Assembly (NCBI GenBank): GCA_040905525.1
Contig: JBBDRJ010000006.1
Span: forward strand, 268,858-332,857
Direction: 5' to 3'
Source: Actinomycetota bacterium
Lineage (GTDB): Bacteria > Actinomycetota > JAICYB01
Length of the DNA stretch: 64,000 bases
The position numbers were made by a program, and so were the translations under genes. The notes beneath the pieces were generated by a model, which ran no database searches, had not been told where the DNA came from, and saw nothing but the letters and a program-made list of their open reading frames with translations. This document shows positions 37,780 to 46,880 of this stretch, piece after piece (the stretch's first letter is position 1; every line of letters begins with the position of its first letter).

Positions 37780-38586
37780 CTACGTCCGCCAGCGCTCTTC
37801 ACGGAAGAACTGGTTGAGGTCTCCGCCGGGCTCGGCGTTTTCGAGACCGGCGAACGTGCCTCCCTCCGCCAGCTCTCGCGCGGCACGCAGGAAGCCGCCC
37901 CACGCGGCGCGTGAAAGACCAGACGCGAGCGAGATCCGTCGCACGCCGAGCGCTTCCAGCTCTTCCACCGAGCTCGAGGGTGTCGCGATCACGTTGACCG
38001 GCTTGGGCGCAACGGCCGAGACGATCGCTCTGATCGCCTCGGCATCGCGAGCCCCGGGCGCGAAGAGGACATCCGCACCGACATCGGCGAAAGCCTCCAA
38101 ACGACGGCACGCCTCGCCCAGCGGATCCGCATGTCCGACAACGAAGGCCTCGCAGCGCGCGGTGAGCATGACTCCTGGGTCGATCCCGTCGATGGCTGCT
38201 CGCGCCGCTCGCACGCGATCTAACGCGTGGCCGAAGTCGTAAAGCGAACGATCGCTACGCATGTCCTCGACCGACAGGCCGGCAACACCCGTTCCAACGC
38301 ACCCCCGGACGTTCGCTGTCACTTCGTCGGGGTCGTCCGCAAAGGCGTTCAGGAAGTCGGCATTCACGGGCAGATCTGTTGCCTCGACGATCTCGCGGAC
38401 GTGGACGATCATCTCCCCCAACGGCACATCCCCATCCGGCAGCCCTCGACTGAACGCGAAGCCGCTCGATGTCGTGGCCAACGCCTCGAAGCCGAGCCCG
38501 GCGAGATACCGTGCGCTTCCGGTGTCCCACGGGTTGGGGATTACGAAGCAACCCGACTCGTGCAACGCGCGGAAACGATCGGACAC
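37780..38586 (-). CDS. isocitrate lyase / PEP mutase family protein (2-methylisocitrate lyase or carboxyvinyl-carboxyphosphonate phosphorylmutase-like)
   Basis: …HESGCFVIPNPWDTGSAR…GFEALATTSSGFA… GTG start at 38586, 1 nt after the nadK stop. Confidence 0.7.
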   Translation of the reverse strand: MSDRFRALHESGCFVIPNPWDTGSARYLAGLGFEALATTSSGFAFSRGLPDGDVPLGEMIVHVREIVEATDLPVNADFLNAFADDPDEVTANVRGCVGTGVAGLSVEDMRSDRSLYDFGHALDRVRAARAAIDGIDPGVMLTARCEAFVVGHADPLGEACRRLEAFADVGADVLFAPGARDAEAIRAIVSAVAPKPVNVIATPSSSVEELEALGVRRISLASGLSRAAWGGFLRAARELAEGGTFAGLENAEPGGDLNQFFREERWRT

Positions 38587-38587
38587 G

Positions 38588-39442
38588 TCAGGCTTTCGGT
38601 AGACCGAAGCGGCGCGCCAAGCGCGTGAAGAACGAATCGGGTGCCAGCCGGACCAAGCGCACCACCGACGGCCCGACCTTTGCGCGCAGCACGTCACCTT
38701 CTCGGATCTCGGTCCGGCTCTTACCGTCGGCCAGGACGATACCCACACCGCCGAAGCGCACCGTAACTTCGATGTCCTGGTCGTCGGCGATCACCAAGGG
38801 GCGATCGAACAGCGCGTGCGCTCCGATCGCCACAACCACCAGAGAGTGCAGCAGTGGAGAAACCACAGGCCCTCGCATCGAGAATGCATACGCCGTCGAT
38901 CCCGTCGGTGTGGCCACGATGAGACCGTCGGCGCCGAACGTCGTGAAAGGTTGTCCGCCGATCGTCAGGGCCATCTGGATCACTTTGCCGCCGATCCCAC
39001 GTTCGACCGAGATCTCGTTGATCGCCTCACCGACTTCCTCGACCGTGCCGCCCGGGCGTTCCACACTCGCGCAAACCGTCGACCGCTCGTCGATCGTGGC
39101 CTCCCCGCTCAGTGAACGGGCCAAGGCGTCATAGACGTCGTCGGGTCCAACCTCGGTGAGGAAACCGAGATAGCCGAGATTCACGCCGAGGACGGGAACG
39201 CCCGCGAACCCCGCCAGCTCGATTCCGTGGAGCATCGTGCCGTCTCCGCCAAGAACGACGAGTAGATCGAGGGTCGCAAAGGCTTCGCGCTCGATCGGCG
39301 TCGCTACTTCACCGATGTCTTCCGCATCCGTGATCGACAGGCAAGGCTCGTGGTCTTGGTCCCGTAGCCAATGCGCGACCTTGGATGCGAGCTCCCTCGC
39401 CTCCGGCTTGGCACGGTGCAACAGCAAACCGACGCGGCTCAT
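38588..39442 (-). CDS. nadK: NAD kinase
   Basis: GGDGT motif. NAD kinase family. Confidence 0.9.
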   Translation of the reverse strand: MSRVGLLLHRAKPEARELASKVAHWLRDQDHEPCLSITDAEDIGEVATPIEREAFATLDLLVVLGGDGTMLHGIELAGFAGVPVLGVNLGYLGFLTEVGPDDVYDALARSLSGEATIDERSTVCASVERPGGTVEEVGEAINEISVERGIGGKVIQMALTIGGQPFTTFGADGLIVATPTGSTAYAFSMRGPVVSPLLHSLVVVAIGAHALFDRPLVIADDQDIEVTVRFGGVGIVLADGKSRTEIREGDVLRAKVGPSVVRLVRLAPDSFFTRLARRFGLPKA

Positions 39443-40155
39443 TCGTATCGCCTCATAAGAAGGAAGAACTCACGATTGCCTTCGGCTCCCTCCAGCACCG
39501 AAGGGCCGGCCGCCACGCATCTCAGACCGGCACGTTCAGCCGTCGTCGCCACCACCGTCACCGCCTCCTGGTGCAGAGCGGGATCCCGCACCACTCCGCC
39601 CCTCCCCAGACGCCTGCGTCCCACTTCGAACTGTGGTTTCACAAGAGCAAGTATCGGTGCGGGGCCGGCCAGCGCGGCGATCGGAGCAAGAACGGTTCGC
39701 AGGGAGATGAAGGACACATCGGCGACAACGAGATCGAACTCGCCGATGTCGTCCGCTCTGACGTTTCGCACATCGGTTTGCTCGAACACCGATACGCGTT
39801 CGTCGTTGCGAAGCGACCACGCGAGCTGGCCTCGTCCGACATCGATTGCGACCACTGCCGAAGCACCGCGCGAAAGCAGGCAATCTGTGAAGCCGCCGGT
39901 GGAGGAGCCGACGTCCAGGCATCTCCGGCCCCGAACGTCGATCCCGAGCTCGTCGAGAGCTGCATCGAGCTTCTCTCCTCCCCTAGATACGAACCGGGGC
40001 GGTGGCCCGGCCATCTCGATCGCTTCAGCGGGATCCACCAGACGTTCGGGCTTGGTCGCCGGTGCGCCGGACACGAGCACCCGGCCTTCGAGCACAGCAT
40101 CACGCGCTCGTGCGCGAGAATCCGCGATCCCGCGGCGGACGAGCTCGGCGTCCAA
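39439..40155 (-). CDS. tlyA: TlyA family rRNA (cytidine-2'-O)-methyltransferase
   Basis: S4-like N-terminus followed by an FtsJ-like methyltransferase domain (…VSRGGEKL…DVGSSTGGFTD…). TTG start. Confidence 0.85.
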   Translation of the reverse strand: MDAELVRRGIADSRARARDAVLEGRVLVSGAPATKPERLVDPAEAIEMAGPPPRFVSRGGEKLDAALDELGIDVRGRRCLDVGSSTGGFTDCLLSRGASAVVAIDVGRGQLAWSLRNDERVSVFEQTDVRNVRADDIGEFDLVVADVSFISLRTVLAPIAALAGPAPILALVKPQFEVGRRRLGRGGVVRDPALHQEAVTVVATTAERAGLRCVAAGPSVLEGAEGNREFFLLMRRYE

Positions 40156-40166
40156 CCTTCGCCTGG

Positions 40167-40544
40167 TCAGCTCCCCTGCTTTTTCCGTGTGGTCGAGGGC
40201 TTCCCTCTGACAGGCTTGCGCTGCGAAGGCCTTTCCAGCTCCCGGACGCGCCGCTGAAGTCGCTCCACTTCGTCGCGCGTTGCCAAACCTAGTCCTTTCA
40301 CCTGACGGCGGATCTCCTTCTGGATGAGGCTGGCCAGTTCACGCCGGTTCTTGGCCGAACGCTCCGCGAGCTCACGCGCCGCCTTCTGCATGTCGCGCGC
40401 GCGAACCTCGCCGCGCTGGGCAAGATCCTTCATGATCTTCTCGGCCCGGTCACGGGGAACTTCCGTTACTCCGACTACGGCATCGACGTATCTACGGAGC
40501 GCGTCCAGGATTGCTCGCTGGGGGGACTCGTTGCTCTCGACCAA
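40167..40544 (-). CDS. hypothetical coiled-coil protein
   Basis: 125 aa, charged helical. Sits in the position of the small gene next to tlyA in mycobacterial synteny. Confidence 0.5.
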   Translation of the reverse strand: MVESNESPQRAILDALRRYVDAVVGVTEVPRDRAEKIMKDLAQRGEVRARDMQKAARELAERSAKNRRELASLIQKEIRRQVKGLGLATRDEVERLQRRVRELERPSQRKPVRGKPSTTRKKQGS

Positions 40545-40567
40545 GGCCCTTCGAGGATACTGCTCCC

Positions 40568-41335
40568 ATGTCGATGCTGATCCCGATCCGGGATCTGAAC
40601 CCCACCCGTCGCTTCCCTGTAGTCACGCTCGTTCTCATCGGGGCCAACGTACTCGCCTTCTTCGCAGCTTCCTCCGGACTCGGGATCTCCGAAGGTGCCG
40701 CCTATCGTTGGGGCGCCGTCCCCTGCGATGTCTTCAACCACTGTCCGACTCTTACTCAACAACTCGAAGTTGCATTTCCCAACCGCTCATCACTCATGAG
40801 CATCTTCACGTCCATGTTCATGCACGCCGACATTCTTCATCTCGGATTCAACATGCTGTTCCTATGGGTCTTCGGGAACAACGTTGAAGACCGCCTCGGA
40901 CGGATCCGCTTCCCCATCTTCTACGTCGCCACCGGCTTGGCTGCAGCGTTCGCCCACATGCTCGTCAGCGCGGAATCGGTCGTCCCGGTGATCGGCGCCT
41001 CGGGGGCGGTATCCGGTGTGCTCGGCGCCTACGCCGTTCTCTGGCCGGGCGCGACCGTGATAGCGCTGGTCCCTATCTTCTTTTTCTTCTTCACCACGAG
41101 GCTGCCCGCATGGATCATGCTCGGGATCTGGTTCTTGGTCCAGCTGCTCGGGTCAGCTGCCGGGTTCGGCCGAGCCACCGGGGAACAAGGTGGCGTCGCC
41201 TATCTCGCTCACGTCGGCGGGTTCATCGCCGGCGTCGTACTCATCTTCGTCTTCGGCGGTTATCAGCGAAGCCCGCGAGGTCCCCTCGATCCCCGGGGAG
41301 ATCCGTTCGGCGATCGGCGCTCCCCCTTCGAGTGA
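40568..41335 (+). CDS. rhomboid family intramembrane serine protease
   Basis: Start at MSMLIPIRDL. GASGAVSG (catalytic Ser) and AHVGG (catalytic His) motifs. Confidence 0.85.
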   Translation: MSMLIPIRDLNPTRRFPVVTLVLIGANVLAFFAASSGLGISEGAAYRWGAVPCDVFNHCPTLTQQLEVAFPNRSSLMSIFTSMFMHADILHLGFNMLFLWVFGNNVEDRLGRIRFPIFYVATGLAAAFAHMLVSAESVVPVIGASGAVSGVLGAYAVLWPGATVIALVPIFFFFFTTRLPAWIMLGIWFLVQLLGSAAGFGRATGEQGGVAYLAHVGGFIAGVVLIFVFGGYQRSPRGPLDPRGDPFGDRRSPFE

Positions 41336-42130
41336 GGGCTCGTCCGTCGTTAGGACATCAACCAGGCTTCCGAGGATCACATCCGGACGATCGCTGAGTG
41401 TTCCAAGCTCGCGTTCCCCCGTAACACCCGTCAGAACCAGAGCAACCGGCAGGCCGGCCGCGCGTGCGCCGGCGACGTCGGTCTCCGGCCGGTCCCCGAT
41501 GAAGAGGGCGCGGGACGGATCGACGTCCGCGCGATGCAGTGCGATCCGGATCACACCGGGCTGTGGTTTCCCGACGACCGTGGCAGATCGTCCGGCCGCC
41601 GTCTCGATGGCCGCCAGGATCGCTCCCGTCCCCGGCAACAGTCCGGACTCGCTCGGGTAGGTCGCGTCGCGGTTCGCCCCGATGAACGGCATACCCGTCC
41701 GCGCCAGGTCGGCGGCTCTTCGGATGTCCTCGAAGGTCAGCCGGGGATTCCAGGCAACGACGAGCGCTTTCACGTCCTGCGTCTGGACGGTCGGCGCGAA
41801 TCCGTGCCCGCGAAGCACTTGAGCCAGGCCGGGAGCCCCGCAGATGTGCACGCGGTCCCCCCGATGCAGGCGGATAGAACGCAGGTGCTCGACCACGGCA
41901 TGGGCGGAGGTCACCACGTCGGACGGATCGGTGGGTATGCGGAGTCGCATCAGCTTCACCGCATACTCGCGAGGCGAACGCGAAGCGTTGTTCGTCACAA
42001 ACACAACGCGCTTGCCCTCGTCGCGAAGGATCTCGATCGTCTCGGTCGATCCTGCGATCGCTTCCTCTCCGCGCCACACCACACCGTCCAGATCTATGAG
42101 GAAGGCGTCGAAGCGGTCGGTGAGCTTCAT
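41153..42130 (-). CDS. HAD-superfamily hydrolase, subfamily IIA (NagD-like)
   Basis: FLIDLDGVVW (motif I) … VTNN … GKP … GDRPETD. Acidic low-complexity C-terminal tail overlaps the rhomboid gene's 3' end. Confidence 0.8.
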   Translation of the reverse strand: MKLTDRFDAFLIDLDGVVWRGEEAIAGSTETIEILRDEGKRVVFVTNNASRSPREYAVKLMRLRIPTDPSDVVTSAHAVVEHLRSIRLHRGDRVHICGAPGLAQVLRGHGFAPTVQTQDVKALVVAWNPRLTFEDIRRAADLARTGMPFIGANRDATYPSESGLLPGTGAILAAIETAAGRSATVVGKPQPGVIRIALHRADVDPSRALFIGDRPETDVAGARAAGLPVALVLTGVTGERELGTLSDRPDVILGSLVDVLTTDEPSLEGGAPIAERISPGIEGTSRASLITAEDEDEYDAGDEPADVSEIGDATLFPGGSAEPGS

Positions 42131-42513
42131 GAGGACCGCCCCGCGGACCGTCCGGCGAGCCTCGCCTCCGAGCTCGCGAGGGCAGCCTCGTAGTCGGCGT
42201 TGCCCGGCCGCATCACGTTGGCCATTCGAAGCTGGCCGACGGCCTCCTCGAGACGGCCCAGCCGGTCGAGCGACAGCCCCAGGCCGAAGTACGCGTAGTC
42301 GTTGGCCGGCGAGAGATCGATCACAAGGTTGAACTGCTTGAGAGCCAAGGAGAACCGGCGCGACCGGAAATACGCACGCGCGAGAGCCTCGTGGATGGAG
42401 CTCTTGCCGGGCTCTTCGGCCGCCGCTCGTTCGAGAAGCGTGGCTGCGGCGTGGAAGTCACCGCCGTCGAGCAGGGCCAATCCTCGTTGGTACCACTCGT
42501 AGGCTGGCGTCAT
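42127..42513 (-). CDS. tetratricopeptide repeat protein
   Basis: TPR-like helical repeats. Start at MTPAYEWYQ. Confidence 0.6.
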   Translation of the reverse strand: MTPAYEWYQRGLALLDGGDFHAAATLLERAAAEEPGKSSIHEALARAYFRSRRFSLALKQFNLVIDLSPANDYAYFGLGLSLDRLGRLEEAVGQLRMANVMRPGNADYEAALASSEARLAGRSAGRSS

Positions 42514-42565
42514 CCGGCCAATTATCGCCCGATCGCTTGGGGAAGGCGTCCGGCGCGACGTTACG

Positions 42566-43807
42566 ATGGCGAGCATGGCAACCGTCCAGCCTTTCCGAGG
42601 CGTGACCTACGATCCCGTCCGGGTTCCCGATCTCGGCGACGTGACCTGCCCTCCATACGACGTCATCTCCGAAGCCGAGCGCAACCGGCTCTACGACCGG
42701 CATCCCTACAACTTCGTCCGCATCACCTCCGGACGCGAAGAGACCGACGACACGGTGGACCAGAACAAGTACACGCGCGCCTGCGGCTTCTTCCGATCTT
42801 GGCTGTGGGAGGGCATGCTCCACGAGGATCCCGAGCCGGCGCTCTATGTGTATCGACAGGCCTTCGACGATCCGACCGGCCACCTGCGCCGAGTTTGGGG
42901 GCTTCTGGCCACGATCGGCCTCGATGACGAGATCCTCGCTCACGAAAAGACCATGCCCGGCCCCAAGGCCGACCGCCTTGCGCTGATGGAAACGATCCCG
43001 GCGAACCTGTCCCCGATCTATGCGATGTACAAGGAACAGGGCGGCGGAATATCGGCCGACCTGCCGTCGATGACCGGCGGATCCCCCGTCGCCGATTTCA
43101 CCGACGATGAGGGGACACGTCACACGGTGTGGCCCGTCCACGACGAGGCCTTTCACGAGAAGGTCCAGAGTGCGCTCCGACCATGCCCCCTCCTGATCGC
43201 CGACGGACATCACCGCTTCGAGACGGCGAAGGCCTACCGCGACAAGAGACGGGCCGCAGGTGGTGCCGGGCCCTGGGATTCGATCCTCACCCTGCTCGTC
43301 GACGCGGGGGCCCAGCCCGTGCTGATCCTTCCCTACCACCGCATAGTGCGGCGCTCGGACGCCGCCGACCCGTTGGAAACGGTGGGGACCGGTTTCTCCG
43401 TCGAAGACCTGGGACAGGCCGGCGACGAGCTACTCGACGATTTCTCGCACGAGCTGTGGGACCGCACCGAGATGTTCGGAATGATCCACGACGGCCACCT
43501 CTACCGGCTCGTCCCCAAACAGCCGGATACCGACGACATACCGGCCGGCATCCTCGCGAAGCTCGCGCTGCAGCCGTTGGGTGTCCGATCCGCGGAGGAG
43601 GGGCTCTCCTTCTCGCCCCACGCGAAGGTCGTCCGCGACGAAACGCTCGCCGGCCGGGCCGTTTGCGGCTTCTTGATCCCTCCGGTGGAGGTTGAGCGAG
43701 TGTGGAACCTGGCTGCCGGCGGCGGGAAGATGCCGGAGAAGTCCACGTACTTCCACCCCAAGCCTCGCGACGGCATCGTCGTCCGGGCGCTCGAGCCTTG
43801 CGGCTGA
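42566..43807 (+). CDS. DUF1015 family protein
   Basis: N-terminal …VQPFRGVTYDP… pattern, as I recall it for DUF1015. Confidence 0.6.
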   Translation: MASMATVQPFRGVTYDPVRVPDLGDVTCPPYDVISEAERNRLYDRHPYNFVRITSGREETDDTVDQNKYTRACGFFRSWLWEGMLHEDPEPALYVYRQAFDDPTGHLRRVWGLLATIGLDDEILAHEKTMPGPKADRLALMETIPANLSPIYAMYKEQGGGISADLPSMTGGSPVADFTDDEGTRHTVWPVHDEAFHEKVQSALRPCPLLIADGHHRFETAKAYRDKRRAAGGAGPWDSILTLLVDAGAQPVLILPYHRIVRRSDAADPLETVGTGFSVEDLGQAGDELLDDFSHELWDRTEMFGMIHDGHLYRLVPKQPDTDDIPAGILAKLALQPLGVRSAEEGLSFSPHAKVVRDETLAGRAVCGFLIPPVEVERVWNLAAGGGKMPEKSTYFHPKPRDGIVVRALEPCG

Positions 43808-43810
43808 GAT

Positions 43811-43840
43811 TTGCTTGAAGCGTTCAGCGACGGGTACATA
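43811..43840 (+). promoter_or_regulatory. candidate sigma-A-type promoter for sodA (-35 TTGCTT, 18-nt spacer, -10 TACATA)
   Basis: Motif spacing only. Followed by SD gaggagg and a GTG at 43876. Confidence 0.3.
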
Positions 43841-43875
43841 CCGTTAAAGACCGCACACTAAGAGGAGGGATCCAC

Positions 43876-44478
43876 GTGGCCCATTCGCTTCCCGACCTGC
43901 CCTACGCTTACAACGCTCTCGAGCCGCACATCGACGAGCAGACAATGACGATCCACCACACCAAGCACCACCAGACCTACGTTGACAAGCTCAACGACGC
44001 CATCAAGGGAACCGATCTGGAGAGCAAGGACCTCGAGGCCCTGCTTCGGGACTTCGCCTCGGTTCCCGATGACAAGAAAACGCCGGTCAAGAATCACGCC
44101 GGCGGACACCACAACCACTCCTTGTTCTGGACGATCATGGGCCCCAACGGCGGTGGCGAGCCGTCCGGTGAGCTGGCTTCAGCCATCGAAGGAGCCTTCG
44201 GCTCCTTCGACACCTTCAAGGAGAAGTTCAGCGCGGCGGCGACCAACCAGTTCGGAAGCGGCTGGGCATGGCTCGTAGTTTCCGGCGGCAAGCTCGATAT
44301 CGTGGCCCGTCCGAACCAGGACTCGCCGTTGATGGACGGCCTCACCCCCATCGCCGGAATCGACGTCTGGGAGCACGCGTACTACCTCAAGTACCAGAAC
44401 CGGCGGCCGGAGTACATCACCGCATGGTGGAACGTCGTGAACTGGGACGAGGTCGCCCGGCGGCTGAAGGAAGCGTAG
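43876..44478 (+). CDS. sodA: superoxide dismutase [Mn/Fe]
   Basis: [10 protein letters not shown] and DVWEHAYYL motifs. Confidence 0.95.
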   Translation: MAHSLPDLPYAYNALEPHIDEQTMTIHHTKHHQTYVDKLNDAIKGTDLESKDLEALLRDFASVPDDKKTPVKNHAGGHHNHSLFWTIMGPNGGGEPSGELASAIEGAFGSFDTFKEKFSAAATNQFGSGWAWLVVSGGKLDIVARPNQDSPLMDGLTPIAGIDVWEHAYYLKYQNRRPEYITAWWNVVNWDEVARRLKEA

Positions 44479-44541
44479 TCACCTAGTTACCGCCTAGCTC
44501 CCCCTACAACGCCACCTGCCGGGGCCGAAGCCCTGGTAGGG

Positions 44542-46299
44542 ATGTCCAGATATCGCGTGCTCCTGCCTCAGTTGAGGCGCCCTAAGGGTGCCGGCAGACG
44601 CGCAAGGCTCCGCGGACTAGTCCGTTCGGATGACAAGGGCCTCTCGATAGTCGAGATCATCATCTCGATCGCGATCTTCGCCCTGATCGCAGCTTTCATG
44701 TCCCAAACCCTGGCCACGGGGCTGCGCGGAGTTCTCCTCGGCAAGCGCCGCGAGGTCGCTACCCAAGAAGCCAACCGAGCGCTCGAGATTGTTCGCAGCC
44801 TTTCCTACGACGCGATCGGCCTGGTTCAAACAGATCCAACGATCGCATCCGACGACGAGATCGAAACGCAAGGGGGCAAGCTCAGCTATCGGGCCAATGC
44901 CACCTGGGAGCCCCTGATGTGGGCGATCCAGCCTGATAGCCATCCTTTCAACCCGCACATACTGGATGTGGTGCGAGGTTCGACCGACCTCACACGTCAT
45001 ATCTACGTCACTGGCGTCGACACCGACGGCGACGCGAACTCGTTCGAGCTGAAACGCGTGACGGTCCAGGTGTTCTGGGACGATTCCGGCACCAAGGGCC
45101 CGGAGAACTCAGTCCGCGCTTCGACCCTGGTCAACGAAAGCGGTTTGATCCCAACCGGAGACCCGGGCACCGGCACCGACCCGCTCTTCGCAAGGACGTT
45201 CGCCACCGGCGGATCACTGAAGGTGAACTCGACCCTCCTAGGACTGACCAACCCCCTCAACGTCTCGCTGCCCTCGAGCAGCGGCGACTCCACGTTCCGC
45301 GCGATCTCCACGACGAACTGCACGACCAAGTCGGCCAGCCTGGACGCCCTCAACCTGGTCGATCTTCCCGGCTATTCGGTGACCACAACGGCCGACGACG
45401 ACTCTCAGACGGCAACGCCCTCGGATCCGGATCCCGCATCGAATCCCGGCGTATTGACCATCCCGCTCGGACCCGTCGGCAACCTGATCGGAGCAGCCAT
45501 CAACTCACCGGTCGCGTGCGAAGCGACGACCAACCCCCTCGGTCACGAAGCGGGGTCCGCCTCGGCGTTGAGCGCTCTGAACGCAACGTCCAACGTTTCG
45601 TTGCTCGGGCTGCCGCTTCTGCCATGGGTGCTCAACCTCGCGAACATCCAAGCTCTGCCCGTCACTCAGGAGATCAACCACGAGATCGTCTCCGACGAAC
45701 GCGAGGTAGAGGCAACCGCCGGCGCGTCTACCGGCGCAGTCAACCTGCTCAAGATCGCCGGTGTCGTTCCCGACGGCCTGTTCCGTCTGGACGCGATCAC
45801 CTACGGCGCCACGGTGCGAGGGGTCAGCCGCCCCGCAACGCCGTCGGCCGCGCCCAGTGTCTCCTCGCCCACGATCAATCTGCGCGTGTTCGACACAACC
45901 AGCCAGCTCGGCTCGACCTGCAACGGCGCCATCGCTACCGGCATCACGGCGGTACGGAGTCACCCCTACTGCGTTCTCACCATCAACCCCGCGGCGGCAG
46001 GGTTCACCGGCCGGTCGATCGAGCTCAGCTCGAGCTTCCTCCACGGCCTCGGGCTTTTGCTTCCCGTCGTGGACCTGGGCTACTCGCTGAAGCTGGACAT
46101 CCTGCCTCCGGCCAAGAGCCCGATCGATGGTGTGACCGGGCCGAATGGAGAGACCCGCTGGTCCGCCGAATACACGCCCATCTCGGTGTCCGCCCATCTC
46201 GATGCCACGCTGTTGGGCATCTCGATCATCAACGCCGACGTCGATCTCAACTTCGGGACCGTCAGAGCCGAAGCGTGCGCGGGGCCGACATGTGGATGA
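44542..46299 (+). CDS. prepilin-type N-terminal cleavage/methylation domain protein with large C-terminal domain (minor-pilin-like)
   Basis: KG|LSIVEIIISIAIFALIAAF is a class III signal with Glu at +5. 585 aa with Thr/Ser/Asn-rich β-rich remainder. Confidence 0.65.
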   Translation: MSRYRVLLPQLRRPKGAGRRARLRGLVRSDDKGLSIVEIIISIAIFALIAAFMSQTLATGLRGVLLGKRREVATQEANRALEIVRSLSYDAIGLVQTDPTIASDDEIETQGGKLSYRANATWEPLMWAIQPDSHPFNPHILDVVRGSTDLTRHIYVTGVDTDGDANSFELKRVTVQVFWDDSGTKGPENSVRASTLVNESGLIPTGDPGTGTDPLFARTFATGGSLKVNSTLLGLTNPLNVSLPSSSGDSTFRAISTTNCTTKSASLDALNLVDLPGYSVTTTADDDSQTATPSDPDPASNPGVLTIPLGPVGNLIGAAINSPVACEATTNPLGHEAGSASALSALNATSNVSLLGLPLLPWVLNLANIQALPVTQEINHEIVSDEREVEATAGASTGAVNLLKIAGVVPDGLFRLDAITYGATVRGVSRPATPSAAPSVSSPTINLRVFDTTSQLGSTCNGAIATGITAVRSHPYCVLTINPAAAGFTGRSIELSSSFLHGLGLLLPVVDLGYSLKLDILPPAKSPIDGVTGPNGETRWSAEYTPISVSAHLDATLLGISIINADVDLNFGTVRAEACAGPTCG

Positions 46300-46880
46300 C
46301 CCAAGCGATGGCAAGGATGCATAGCTTGGGTCGCGACGACCGGGGAACAACCCTGGTCGAGCTGTCCGTTGCCGGACTTCTCGCCGGAATCGTCCTCACG
46401 ATCATGGCCTTCTTTCTCGTGAGCTCCATGAAGACGAGTGCCTTCACACAGGGCCAGTCCGAAACGATCAACAACGTCAGGAATGCCGTGCAGCGCATCG
46501 AGAAGGAGGTGCGGGGCGCCGACTCGCTCATCTGGGCCCCCAGCGGAGACTGCTCGGGCTATGCGGCCGGCAGTTGCGTAACCGTAGGCGCCCAAAACGT
46601 GGATACCGATTTCCGAACCGTGCGGTATACGCACTCCGGTACGGAGCTAAGGCGCGAGCTGTACAACACGGACACCTCAACGTGGGGCTCTGCACAAACG
46701 ATAATCGAGCGCGTCTCCAACGATTCTGGTCAACCGGTATTCACCTGCGACACACAGGTCACGCTGCTGCGACTCACGATAGATCTCTACGTAGAGCCCA
46801 CACCCGTCTCGAATCCGAACTTCCACGTCCAGACCTCGATCCGGCCTCGGAACTTCCCATCAGTGGCGGTGTGCTCATGA
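46290..46880 (+). CDS. pseudopilin-like protein (prepilin-type N-terminal domain)
   Basis: RG|TTLVELSVAGLLAGIVL, E at +5. ATG at 46290 overlaps the upstream stop by 10 nt. 196 aa. Confidence 0.6.
   Translation: MWMTQAMARMHSLGRDDRGTTLVELSVAGLLAGIVLTIMAFFLVSSMKTSAFTQGQSETINNVRNAVQRIEKEVRGADSLIWAPSGDCSGYAAGSCVTVGAQNVDTDFRTVRYTHSGTELRRELYNTDTSTWGSAQTIIERVSNDSGQPVFTCDTQVTLLRLTIDLYVEPTPVSNPNFHVQTSIRPRNFPSVAVCS

Noticed and set aside
44479-44541. Possible terminator hairpin after sodA (ggggc…gccct)
   Set aside because: Stem is short and imperfect, with no U-tract; not convincing.
45516-46289. Upstream part of 454-aa ORF 45516..46880
   Set aside because: Out of frame inside pilin-like gene 1. Only 46290..46880, which has its own prepilin-type N-terminus, is accepted.
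46574-46876. N-terminal extension of PilX-like ORF
   Set aside because: Arg-rich junk that overlaps gene 2. ATGA-coupled start at 46877 places the PilX_N helix at the N-terminus.
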